DNA of 64,000 nucleotides, taken from IMG/VR virus record IMGVR_UViG_3300024279_000007, positions 676-64,675 of that record; one strand, given 5' to 3'. Both the position numbers and the translations under genes were made by a program. Of the stretch, positions 47,231-56,829 are shown piece after piece. The notes under the pieces were generated by a model that worked only from the letters and a program-made list of their open reading frames with translations, was not told the origin of the DNA and searched no databases. The DNA comes from a virus. Position 1 is the first letter of the stretch, and each line of letters opens with the position of its first letter.

Positions 47231-47251
47231 TCAACCAAGGAATGAACCGAC

Positions 47252-49090
47252 GTGAATCTGAATTACACAACCGACTGGCTTGCCAACACCCGTGGACTGA
47301 ACAACACCCGTGTTGGCAACTGCGCACGTTCGATGTGGGTGGCCCCGGAAGGCGTCATCTACACGGCGTCAATGTGGGATGAGAATGAGGGCGGTGTCGC
47401 CATCTACAGTGGCGGCGCGAACGCCGGTTCGATTGGTGTGCATAACGAGTTTCAGGGCGGCGCGATCACCGGCACGACCACGAAAATCTTCGCGGCACTC
47501 CAGTACAACGCGTCACTGGGCGGCAGCGGTCTCGTTGGCCGGTATGACCGTGTAAGCAAGGCCCGTGACTACATAATCGTAGTCAGCGCCACGACCACGG
47601 AGCGTCGCGCCGATGTGGTCACGGGCCTCGCATCATGGAGCCAGTGGCTTGCGGCCAGCGATTTCCCCGGCAACCGCGTGCGCATCTACAACACCAGTGG
47701 CGTGTGGCAGCTTGATATCCCGGTGAACGGTCCGGGTGCACTGGCGTTTGACCGCAACGGCAATATCTGTGTGGCCCAGAAGGCGCTGGGTCTGGTGTCG
47801 CGCTATAACCGCACGACGGGTGCGCTGATCGACATGATTACGCTGGACAGCGCAGCACGTCCGGCAGCGCTCTACTTCGACCCGGCCACGCAGTATCTGT
47901 GGATTGGCGACGAAGGCCCGGACCAGAACATCAAACAGTACAACATCAGCAGCACGCCGGTGTTCGTGACGACGTTCGGTGTGACGGGTGGTTATCTGGA
48001 CACCACGACGGGCATCAAGGGGCAGGTGGGCAGCAAGCGCTTCACCCGTGTGCACGGCATCGGCAAGGACAGTGCGGGCAACCTGTACGTACTGAACAAC
48101 CCGTGGGGTGGTACGTGGGACTTGGGCCGTGATGGCGGCACCGACATTCACTCGTACAGCGCAGCCGGTAACCTGCAATGGACGTTGCAGTCGGTGAACT
48201 TCGAAGGCGTGGCAGCACCGGACCAGATCGCGGACGGCACGTTCTACGGCGGCTGCAACATCTACTCAGGCACGGCTGGCGGCACGTTCGTGGCGAACAC
48301 GATTGACCCGTTCACATACCCCGGTGATCCGCGCATCAACCTGAACACGCCCAGCCGTGGCTCGCACTTCGGTCAGGTCGCGGCAATTGGTTCGAACCGC
48401 ATTCTGGTGTCGTGTGGACAGAACCCGGATGGTTTCGAGCTATACCACTTCACCCCGACAGGCGGCTATATCGCGGTGCCTGACGGTGTGGTACCGGGCC
48501 TGTTCTCCACGGCACGCGTGCGGCACGGCTACTGTCTGGCTCCCAACGGAGACCTGTGGATTGGCTTCGACAAGACGGGCGTCATTTCACACTATCCGCT
48601 GGCGAGTTTCGACGCGAACGGCAAACCGTCGTGGGGCGCTGCTGTCACGTACCCGATCCCCGCGAGTATCGGCCTGCTGACGCGGATCATCTATCTGCCG
48701 GACACCGACACGCTGATCCTTGCCAGTGGCATCGGCACGGACTGGACTTCAGTCGGCACGCGCGTCGAAGTGTATAGCGGCTGGCTGGCGGGCAACCGGA
48801 CGCCGATGGTCATCACGCTGTCCAGCACGAACCCGAAGGCACTGGCAGCGGCAGGCAACTACCTGTTCGTGGGCTACGTGCATACGGTGCCGAACATTGA
48901 CGCGTTCAACCTGACGACCGGCGCGCTGGACAACACGTTCATCAACGCCAACAGCAGCACGGTGGACGTGGGCAACGATGTGGACTCGATGTACGGTCTG
49001 TGCGCTTTCTTGCGCTCGACCGGTGAGTACGTGGTGACGAAGGACAACTACAACGATGCCAGCGTGATCGTGCATCGCTGGACACCCTGA
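47252..49090 (+). CDS. NHL/SMP-30-like beta-propeller protein
   Basis: Repeated blades such as GPGALAFDRNGNICVA, PAALYFDP, HGIGKDSAGNLYV; no signal peptide. Confidence 0.75.
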   Translation: MNLNYTTDWLANTRGLNNTRVGNCARSMWVAPEGVIYTASMWDENEGGVAIYSGGANAGSIGVHNEFQGGAITGTTTKIFAALQYNASLGGSGLVGRYDRVSKARDYIIVVSATTTERRADVVTGLASWSQWLAASDFPGNRVRIYNTSGVWQLDIPVNGPGALAFDRNGNICVAQKALGLVSRYNRTTGALIDMITLDSAARPAALYFDPATQYLWIGDEGPDQNIKQYNISSTPVFVTTFGVTGGYLDTTTGIKGQVGSKRFTRVHGIGKDSAGNLYVLNNPWGGTWDLGRDGGTDIHSYSAAGNLQWTLQSVNFEGVAAPDQIADGTFYGGCNIYSGTAGGTFVANTIDPFTYPGDPRINLNTPSRGSHFGQVAAIGSNRILVSCGQNPDGFELYHFTPTGGYIAVPDGVVPGLFSTARVRHGYCLAPNGDLWIGFDKTGVISHYPLASFDANGKPSWGAAVTYPIPASIGLLTRIIYLPDTDTLILASGIGTDWTSVGTRVEVYSGWLAGNRTPMVITLSSTNPKALAAAGNYLFVGYVHTVPNIDAFNLTTGALDNTFINANSSTVDVGNDVDSMYGLCAFLRSTGEYVVTKDNYNDASVIVHRWTP

Positions 49091-49123
49091 AGTAACAACC
49101 CCCAACCAACGGAGCAATCCAAC

Positions 49124-51175
49124 GTGTCTTCTTTGACCGATAACTTCTACAAGGCAAACCTGTCGCGCGGCATCGCGGGCACCCTTGCCGCATCTGTCGA
49201 TATCAGCGATCTGCTTGTCGCTGGGGATCAGACTCAGGCCGCAGCCAACGCTGCGTCCCTTCAGGCCATCATCGCTGCGATGGTTGCGGACGGCAATTAC
49301 CGGCCCATTACCATCAAACGCGCTGGCTCGTACTACTTCAATCAGGTGAAGCTGTACGACAACATTCACTTCGACATTGGCGTGAACGTGTCGATTGTGA
49401 AGCCGGACAACTACCAACCCTCGATGTTCATCAACGAAGGCGCACTGAACGGCACGCCGACCGCGAACAAGAATATCAAGATCACCGGACGCGGCACGAT
49501 TGACGGCAACGTGGCCAACCAGTCTGGACAGACGCAGGCCATCGCCGGTGCGATCACCGCCAACACGTTCCTGTACGGCATTCAGGGCGAGATTGCGATG
49601 ATCAACGTGGACGGTCTCGAAGTCGCGGTGCGCAACCCGAAGAACTGTCGTGGCTTCTTTGTCCAGTTTCAGGGCAGCAACGGGCACTTCCACGACATGC
49701 GTCCCGACACGACCACGGACTTCATCCACATCAACGGCCCGACGAACCACGTCGTGGTGCAGGATTGCAAGGGCTTCTCCAGTGCGGACTTCATCGGTCT
49801 GAACGCATGGGACTGGCACCGCAACGGTCCGACCACGGGTACGATCAACGACATTACGGTGAAGGACTGCGAATACAACGGCAGCAACGGCACGGGCGCT
49901 TATGCCCACACCGGCATGTTCGTCAAGTTCCTGTCCGGCACGCGTACCACGGGTGCAGGCGCGAATGGTCTCGCGGCCATCCAGAACGTGCGGATCGACG
50001 GTTTCAAGTGCGATCCGACCATCGGCACGGCTGTGGCCAACTCGCCGTGCTTCGGCATGATCGGTGACTGGGATCAGGCCCAAGGCACGGAGTACAGCGG
50101 TGTCGGTCTGGTAGAGAACGTCACGATCAAGTCTGGACAGAGCACCGTGCCGTCCTATCTGGGTCCGTTCTTCCTGCTGGCAAAGACGGCCAGCCCTTCG
50201 GACGCGGACGGCCAGTGCTCGGTGAACGTGCGCCGCTTCACGGTTGAGTCGGTGTTCGTGGACTGTTCGAAGGGTCAGCAGAACAGCTACAACCCGATTG
50301 GCTTCATGATGAAGTACAACACCTGTACGCTGAACGATGTGGTGTTCCGCGACATGGACTGGACACCTGCACCGCTGAACAGCGATCAGGGCTTCATCAC
50401 GCTGGCCAACAAGACGCTGATTGACTCGTTCGAAGTGGACGGCCTGACGATCAACGAGAACACGGGAGCAACCGCAGCCACGGCAGTCGTGCTGGTGGAC
50501 CGCTATGACGGCGTGAACCCCTGCATCGTGGACGACTTCACGTGCGACCGCATCAAGACTTCGGCAGGCTACCTGCTGCGTGGTGCGTGGCTGAAGGTGA
50601 ACGCCGGTATCAATAACTTCCGTTCGCGCGGCAACCATATCAACGGTGCTGGCAACAGCAGTGTGTACGGTTCGGGCATCTACGTGAACACGTCGGTGGC
50701 GTTCATCAAGCGCGGTGTGATCAGTGAGGCAGTGTTCAACGGTGTGCTGATCGGTGTGAATATCGACAGCGTTTCCGCCACCGGCGTGAACATGCACTAC
50801 GAGAACTGCAACCTGATCAACATGTCGCACCCGGTGTTCGTCAACGGTGCCTTCAATGCACGCGTGACGTACCGTGGCGGCAATATCGACACGTCCACCA
50901 ATCTGGTCAACTCGCAAGGCACGCTGACGGTCTCGTACGACGGCACCACGTCCAGCGGTACGGGCGCAGCCACACTGACCCGCAGCGCGGGCACGGTGCG
51001 CGTGCTGAAGTCGGATCAGATCGCGTTTGCCGCAGCCGCGCCGATGAACCCGGCCAACAACGATGTAGTGCTGTTCAGCGCAACCCCGCCTGCCTCGCCC
51101 AACGCGACGACCGGCACGGGTGCTGGCACCTACATTTACAGCGGTTCGGGTTCGAACTGGATCAAGCAGAACTAA
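49124..51175 (+). CDS. Beta-helix (pectin-lyase-like) tailspike/depolymerase 1
   Basis: AASLQAII N-cap, GRGTIDGN, DFIHING, N/G/T/I/V-rich repeats. Confidence 0.75.
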   Translation: MSSLTDNFYKANLSRGIAGTLAASVDISDLLVAGDQTQAAANAASLQAIIAAMVADGNYRPITIKRAGSYYFNQVKLYDNIHFDIGVNVSIVKPDNYQPSMFINEGALNGTPTANKNIKITGRGTIDGNVANQSGQTQAIAGAITANTFLYGIQGEIAMINVDGLEVAVRNPKNCRGFFVQFQGSNGHFHDMRPDTTTDFIHINGPTNHVVVQDCKGFSSADFIGLNAWDWHRNGPTTGTINDITVKDCEYNGSNGTGAYAHTGMFVKFLSGTRTTGAGANGLAAIQNVRIDGFKCDPTIGTAVANSPCFGMIGDWDQAQGTEYSGVGLVENVTIKSGQSTVPSYLGPFFLLAKTASPSDADGQCSVNVRRFTVESVFVDCSKGQQNSYNPIGFMMKYNTCTLNDVVFRDMDWTPAPLNSDQGFITLANKTLIDSFEVDGLTINENTGATAATAVVLVDRYDGVNPCIVDDFTCDRIKTSAGYLLRGAWLKVNAGINNFRSRGNHINGAGNSSVYGSGIYVNTSVAFIKRGVISEAVFNGVLIGVNIDSVSATGVNMHYENCNLINMSHPVFVNGAFNARVTYRGGNIDTSTNLVNSQGTLTVSYDGTTSSGTGAATLTRSAGTVRVLKSDQIAFAAAAPMNPANNDVVLFSATPPASPNATTGTGAGTYIYSGSGSNWIKQN

Positions 51176-51187
51176 AAGAGGATCAGC

Positions 51188-52654
51188 ATGCGAAGCGTAT
51201 ATACCGATAACTTCAAGCAGAGCGTGCTGGCCGGTCTGGGTATCCCCCTGACCGACAGCCGGTGTGTCTCGTCCTTCCCTTCGTCCGGCACCGACGATAC
51301 CGCGCAGATCGCAGCCGCGTATGCGTGGCTGGCGGGTGGCCCGTACCGGGGCCTGTGGTTTGAGTTCCGCCAGTACATCATATCTGGACAGCTTGCCCTG
51401 ACCGGCGCAGTCAACTTCCGCATCTTCGGGAACGGCGCGTCGATCAAGGCAGCGGACGGCAGTGCGGCTGGTGCCGGTACGCAGATGTTCTACATGACGA
51501 ACAGCACGGACGGCGAGATTTACGACCTGAACTACGATGGCAACCGCGCGAACCGCACGCCGTCTGAGACCACTAGCCACCTGTTCGAAATCTACACCGG
51601 TTGCGCACGCATTGACGTGTTCAACTGCCGTGCTGATAACGCGGTGTGCGATGGCTTCTACGTCGGTGCCCAGTCGCCCACGTCGCTGAACGTGCCGACC
51701 GATATCCGCTTCTTCCAGTGTTCAGCCGACAACGGCTACCGCAACTGCATGTCCCTCATCAACTCGGTGCGCTTCCGTGATTATGACGGGGTGTACACGG
51801 GTGCTAACGGCACGCTGCCGAAGGCCGGTGTGGACGTGGAGCCGAACAGCAGCACGGATATCGGCAACGTGGACTGCCAGTTCCACCGCACGCGCTTTAC
51901 CGGCAATGCGAACTACGGTTTGCAGGTGACGCTGGCGAACTCGCAGGTGAAGTGCTTCGATATCGTGTCCAGCGGGAACACGGGCGGCGCGGTCGGCTGC
52001 TTCTCGTCGGGCAGTCTGGAGATTCAGGGCATCACGATGGAAGACTATACGTCGTCCGTCACGCGTGGCCTGATCGACGTGGGTTCCGGAAGTGGCTATG
52101 TCAGCGTGGACGGCATCCGCATCAACAACTGCCAGCAGAACAACAGCGCCAAACCGATGATCTATGTGCATGCGGCGGCAACGGGTCCGGTGCGCTTCTC
52201 GGATATTGTCCAGCGCAACAGCAAGGGACCGACGCTGGTGTCGTACCTGAAGGCCTACGTGGACGGTTTCGCGATGTACGGCGACAACAACGACTACGCC
52301 TTCACGCTGCTGGGTGCAAAGAACAGTGTTCTGCGCAACCTGTACAGCGATGGCAGCGGCGCGATGCTGTACACGGAGCAACCGTGCACGGACGTGGAGA
52401 ACGTCAAGATGGTCAACCCGCTTCCCACGGGTGGCCTTCTGTTCTTCGCGGCAGTGGCCACACGGTGCTCGCTGAAGAACATGCACGTGCATCAGGACGT
52501 GGCAGTTCCCGCTGGACAGATTGGTTGCCAGTTTGCTGTGGCACCGCTGGTCCTGTCCAACAACGTCGGCACCTGCGACGGTACTGCCTACACAGCTGCG
52601 CAAGTACGCAGCATAACGGGCACGCCTTCCGTGTCGCTGGGCCTTTTCCCGTAA
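51188..52654 (+). CDS. Beta-helix depolymerase 2
   Basis: GTDDTAQIAAA, DGFYVG, DNGYRNCMS, AGVDVEPN motifs. Confidence 0.8.
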   Translation: MRSVYTDNFKQSVLAGLGIPLTDSRCVSSFPSSGTDDTAQIAAAYAWLAGGPYRGLWFEFRQYIISGQLALTGAVNFRIFGNGASIKAADGSAAGAGTQMFYMTNSTDGEIYDLNYDGNRANRTPSETTSHLFEIYTGCARIDVFNCRADNAVCDGFYVGAQSPTSLNVPTDIRFFQCSADNGYRNCMSLINSVRFRDYDGVYTGANGTLPKAGVDVEPNSSTDIGNVDCQFHRTRFTGNANYGLQVTLANSQVKCFDIVSSGNTGGAVGCFSSGSLEIQGITMEDYTSSVTRGLIDVGSGSGYVSVDGIRINNCQQNNSAKPMIYVHAAATGPVRFSDIVQRNSKGPTLVSYLKAYVDGFAMYGDNNDYAFTLLGAKNSVLRNLYSDGSGAMLYTEQPCTDVENVKMVNPLPTGGLLFFAAVATRCSLKNMHVHQDVAVPAGQIGCQFAVAPLVLSNNVGTCDGTAYTAAQVRSITGTPSVSLGLFP

Positions 52655-52667
52655 TCAGGAGCCTGCA

Positions 52668-54068
52668 ATGAATCTCGGTCAGTTCGCGGTATTCGCGAAG
52701 ATTCTCGGTCTCGGCAAGGCAGTGAGCACGGTCGCAGGTGGCCCGAATGGCGTGGACGACACTGCTTCATTGCAGGCGATCATCAACACCATTGTGGGCA
52801 ACCCCGGCAAGGGGCTGAAGATACCGGACGGTCGCTACAAGATCAGCGCGCCCCTGAACATCGGGGTGGACAACTCCAGCATCGTGACGGGCATCAAGAT
52901 TGAAGGCTCGTCACGCGGCGGTGTGATCATCGAACAGATGACCAACAACGTGCCGATCTTCAACGTCACTGGACAGTTCGTTCACTCCTGTCACTTCAAG
53001 ACGATGACGCTGCTGTACACCAACCAGCAGTCAACGGACAACGGTGGCAACTGCTTCAAGGTGAACGGTCCCGGTGGTGGCAGCTTCTACAACTCCACCT
53101 TCGAAGACATAACGGCCACGAAGTTCTACTACTTCATGGACTGCCCGACTGTCACGTGGTGGGGCAATATTTATAACGACATGTGGTTCGGTGCCTTCAG
53201 TGGCGGCATTAACCGGATCAGTGCCGTGGCCGGTGAGCCTCGCTGTACCTTCCGTAACCTGTACATCACGGGTGAACTCGCAACAAACACGCTGTTCAGG
53301 CACACCGCCATGACAGCGCTGTACGACAACATCGAAATCAACAACTGCGTCAACGGTGTGCCGATTCTGGCAGACGTGAGTGGTGGCACGCACGTTATCT
53401 CACACCTTGCGCTGGAAGGCGCGACGTATGCCACTGGTACGACGCAACTGTTTGAAGTCTCGAACAGCCGGTTGATTGCGGACTATATCTATCTGACCGC
53501 GCTGGTGCTGAACGCGGGCGCGGTGGTGTATGCGTTCCACCCGCAGGGTGGCAAGTCCATCGCACACATCAAGGTGCTTGAACTGGCGTTCAGTTCCAAC
53601 AACGGCCAGTTCTACTGTTTCAACTCACAAGGCCCGATCCCCAGCATGCTGGGGGAAGTGACCGGCCTGAATCCGGCTGGTGGCTCGACGCTGTGCGATA
53701 TCGGTGGCTCGGTCGCGGCCAACTTCATGTATGTGCAGCGCTGGAATGAAATGTCACGGATTGCGTACAAGGGTGATGCAGATGCCTCGCTCCTGTATGA
53801 CGATCCGGCCACGCAGGTGCTGGACATACCGACCACGGCAATCCGCACGGTCACATTGCCACAGGCTACGGCTGTGGCCAGTACCGCGATGTTCTCGGGC
53901 CGTCGCTTCAAGTTTGTGCGGACCGCTGCCTCGACGGGTGGTTTCGCATGGAACATCAACGACTCAAGTGCGGTACAGCAGGCCACCCTCGCGGCTGGAC
54001 AGTCAGTTGAATTTGTCTGGCAGCGCAGCGGGGCAGGCACCAACTTCAAGTGGGTCAAAGTAGGCTAA
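52668..54068 (+). CDS. Beta-helix depolymerase 3
   Basis: GVDDTASLQAIIN...IPDGRYKISAPL pectate-lyase-3-type N-terminus. Confidence 0.8.
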   Translation: MNLGQFAVFAKILGLGKAVSTVAGGPNGVDDTASLQAIINTIVGNPGKGLKIPDGRYKISAPLNIGVDNSSIVTGIKIEGSSRGGVIIEQMTNNVPIFNVTGQFVHSCHFKTMTLLYTNQQSTDNGGNCFKVNGPGGGSFYNSTFEDITATKFYYFMDCPTVTWWGNIYNDMWFGAFSGGINRISAVAGEPRCTFRNLYITGELATNTLFRHTAMTALYDNIEINNCVNGVPILADVSGGTHVISHLALEGATYATGTTQLFEVSNSRLIADYIYLTALVLNAGAVVYAFHPQGGKSIAHIKVLELAFSSNNGQFYCFNSQGPIPSMLGEVTGLNPAGGSTLCDIGGSVAANFMYVQRWNEMSRIAYKGDADASLLYDDPATQVLDIPTTAIRTVTLPQATAVASTAMFSGRRFKFVRTAASTGGFAWNINDSSAVQQATLAAGQSVEFVWQRSGAGTNFKWVKVG

Positions 54069-54084
54069 CCAACAGGAGCATTAA

Positions 54085-55281
54085 ATGCGTTCCAAGCTGA
54101 ACGGAATTATCAGTTCGAAAAGAGGCGCAAAACGCGCCATCGCCATCGGGGACTCGATCACCGCGATGGACGCAGTACAGGCTGGCTCGGGACTCTGGAC
54201 ACAGGGTAACGGCTGGTTTGAACAGGCCATCCGGACTGGCTATGACGGTCCCTTCGCGTTCGTCCGCAATGCAGGCGTCGCAGGCAACACGGCGCAGCAG
54301 ATGCTGGCCCGGCTGGACACGGACGTACTGGCCTACGCGCCGGACGTGGTGTTCATCATGGCGGGCACCAACAACATTCTCACGGGCGCAACGAACACCG
54401 ACTACGCGAACTGCATGAACGCCATCGAACAGATGGTGCTGCGCTGTCTGGTGTCCGGCATTGATGTGGTGCTCTCGACGCCGCCTGCCAAGGATGGCGC
54501 GAAGCTGGAAATGAACAAGGCCATTCCGCTCTACTTCCGGCTCGCGCAGCACTACGGTATTCCGCTGATCGACGCGCACCGTGCGACGGTGGACCCAGTG
54601 ACGGGCGGCTACCGCGCTGGCCTGTCCGATGACGGCACGCACCCGAATCAGGCCGGTATCAAGGAAATCATGGTTGAGTGGCAGTCGGTCATCCAGCAAG
54701 GTTTTCAGGACGTGTTCCGTGCCCGCGTGGCAGAGACCTCGGCGGGTTCGATCACGAACTACATTCGCAACGGCAACTTCGTGAAGAACACGTCGCCGCC
54801 CGCGATGGACAACTGGACAGTCAACACGACCGGCGCGACGTTCACGCAGGACACGACGGGTCTGGGTGGTCCATTTCACCTGTCCGGCAAGCAGTTCGAC
54901 TACGTGAAGACGGCGGCAGGCGGCGCGTATGCGCTGTACGGCACGGACGCTGACTCGGGCTACGCGGACGGCGACACGCTGGTGTTCAGCGGTCTGTTCG
55001 GCTGCACGTCGCTCGCAGCTTCCCCGAACGGCTACACGATGCTGTTGCAGTTCGGCAGCGCGGACAGCGTGCGCCCGTACAACACGACCAAAAAGGTGCA
55101 GGGCGCGCTGGAGTCGTTCAGTCAGGAGTTCGTGGTGCCGACCGGCTACGCGGGCGTGAACGCACTGCTGCCGCAACTGTTTGTTCAGGACGTGGGCACC
55201 TACCTCGTCGCTGAACTGACGCTGTGGAACAAGACGAAGTACGACGCAATCTGGAAGCCGGGTGCGCTTCTGAACGTCTAA
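54085..55281 (+). CDS. SGNH/GDSL esterase with C-terminal beta-sandwich domain
   Basis: GDSIT, GVAGNT, AGTNN and DGTHPN blocks. Confidence 0.9.
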   Translation: MRSKLNGIISSKRGAKRAIAIGDSITAMDAVQAGSGLWTQGNGWFEQAIRTGYDGPFAFVRNAGVAGNTAQQMLARLDTDVLAYAPDVVFIMAGTNNILTGATNTDYANCMNAIEQMVLRCLVSGIDVVLSTPPAKDGAKLEMNKAIPLYFRLAQHYGIPLIDAHRATVDPVTGGYRAGLSDDGTHPNQAGIKEIMVEWQSVIQQGFQDVFRARVAETSAGSITNYIRNGNFVKNTSPPAMDNWTVNTTGATFTQDTTGLGGPFHLSGKQFDYVKTAAGGAYALYGTDADSGYADGDTLVFSGLFGCTSLAASPNGYTMLLQFGSADSVRPYNTTKKVQGALESFSQEFVVPTGYAGVNALLPQLFVQDVGTYLVAELTLWNKTKYDAIWKPGALLNV

Positions 55282-55291
55282 AAGCTGTTCA

Positions 55292-55391
55292 GTTAGTGAC
55301 GTTAGTGACGTTTCTGAATCAAAAATCAATTTTCTCTATATGTACGTCTAGGGAAAACTGAAAAAGAGGATAGAAACGTCACAAACGTCAC
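55292..55391. repeat. Second copy of the iteron-like element
   Basis: GTTAGTGACGTTAGTGACGTTT identical to 33206-33227; AT-rich spacer; inverted pair at 55375 and 55384. Confidence 0.85.
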
Positions 55392-55428
55392 TGCCCTTCT
55401 CTCCCCCTGAACGAAACGGAGTTTCATC

Positions 55429-56814
55429 ATGACCGACGACGCAACGAACGCGGTACCGCCCGCTGCACCTATCCCCGCCGCGCCCGCTGCCAACTCAGTG
55501 GAGTCCAGCGATGCACAAGTCACACAGCAAGTCAGCGACCCGGCACCGGATGCAACGGCAGTACCGGTCGATGCAGCACCGCCTGCCCCCGTCCAACCCG
55601 TGGACAGCGCTCCTGCACCGGATGCTGGGACTGTTCCCGCCGATCCTGTAGTGGGAAACGATGCACCCACACCGCCCGCTGGCGATGCTACGCCTGTGGC
55701 TGGTGACCCGGCACCGGCTGATCCGGTTCCCGCACCTGTGGCAGAAGCACCGGCCCCGGTCGAAGCAGCACCGGCCCCGGTCGATCCGGCTCCCGTAGCC
55801 GAAGCACCGGCCCCGGAACCGGCTGTTGACCCGGCACCCGTGACAGAACAACCCGCCCCGGTCGATCCGGCTCCTGTGGCAGAAGCCCCGGCCCCGGAAC
55901 CGGCACCGGAACCGGCTACACCCGTGGTGGAAGCCCCGGCACCGGAAGCCCCGCCCGCAGCAACGGAACCGGCTGCGCCTGCCGCTCCCGTCGATTCAGC
56001 GCCCACTGGAGCACCGGAAGGCAGCGACGGCACCACGCCCCCGGATTCCAGCGCAAACGGCATTCCCGATGCACCCGCCCCGGTCGATCCGGTTCCTGCG
56101 CCGGAAGTGCCTGTACCTGAACAGCCTGCACCGGAAGTCCCTGTTCAGCCTGTACCTGAACAGCCTGTGCCGGAAGTGCCGGTTGTTGCGCCGCTGCCCG
56201 ACATGCCCGCACCGACGGTACCCGCCGACACCACGCCGGTCAGCAACCCGGCCCCCACGGCGGAAGTCACGTCTACGGACTTCACGGTTGCAGCCAACGC
56301 GATTGACTCGATGGCGGCACTGTTCGCAGCCATGTCGGACGCGAGCAAGGCACTGCATCAGGTGGGCCGCTTGCAGGAAACGCTGAACGACCGGCAGAAC
56401 CAGTTGAACGATCTGGATTCGCAGATCGCGCAGAAGCAGGCGAAGCTGGATGCACTCACGCAGGACGTGCTGAACGCCCGCGACTACGCTGTCAAGCTGG
56501 TCACGGCTGCGTCCACCAGCACCGAAGACGCCGTGAATCAGGCGAACGATACCGCGCAGCAACTGGTGGCCAAGGCGGCAGCGACGAACGCGAGCGCCCA
56601 GAAGCAACTGGACGACATGCTTCAGCAGGGTCAGGCCCAGATCAACGCATGGCGCGCGGAAGCCACGGCTGATGCGACCGCGCTCAACGCCGATCTGGAC
56701 ACCAAGCGTGCCGAACTCCAGTGGGTGACGGATGAACTGGCCCGCGAGCAAGCCAAGCTGGACGAAGTAAAGGCTCAACTCGCGAAGATCAACACGGACG
56801 GCGCAACGTCCTAA
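55429..56814 (+). CDS. Pro/Ala-rich repeat protein with C-terminal coiled coil
   Basis: APAPVE/DPAPVAEAPAP repeats, then ~170 aa of heptads; GGAG RBS. Confidence 0.8.
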   Translation: MTDDATNAVPPAAPIPAAPAANSVESSDAQVTQQVSDPAPDATAVPVDAAPPAPVQPVDSAPAPDAGTVPADPVVGNDAPTPPAGDATPVAGDPAPADPVPAPVAEAPAPVEAAPAPVDPAPVAEAPAPEPAVDPAPVTEQPAPVDPAPVAEAPAPEPAPEPATPVVEAPAPEAPPAATEPAAPAAPVDSAPTGAPEGSDGTTPPDSSANGIPDAPAPVDPVPAPEVPVPEQPAPEVPVQPVPEQPVPEVPVVAPLPDMPAPTVPADTTPVSNPAPTAEVTSTDFTVAANAIDSMAALFAAMSDASKALHQVGRLQETLNDRQNQLNDLDSQIAQKQAKLDALTQDVLNARDYAVKLVTAASTSTEDAVNQANDTAQQLVAKAAATNASAQKQLDDMLQQGQAQINAWRAEATADATALNADLDTKRAELQWVTDELAREQAKLDEVKAQLAKINTDGATS

Positions 56815-56829
56815 ACGGGAGCATCAACC

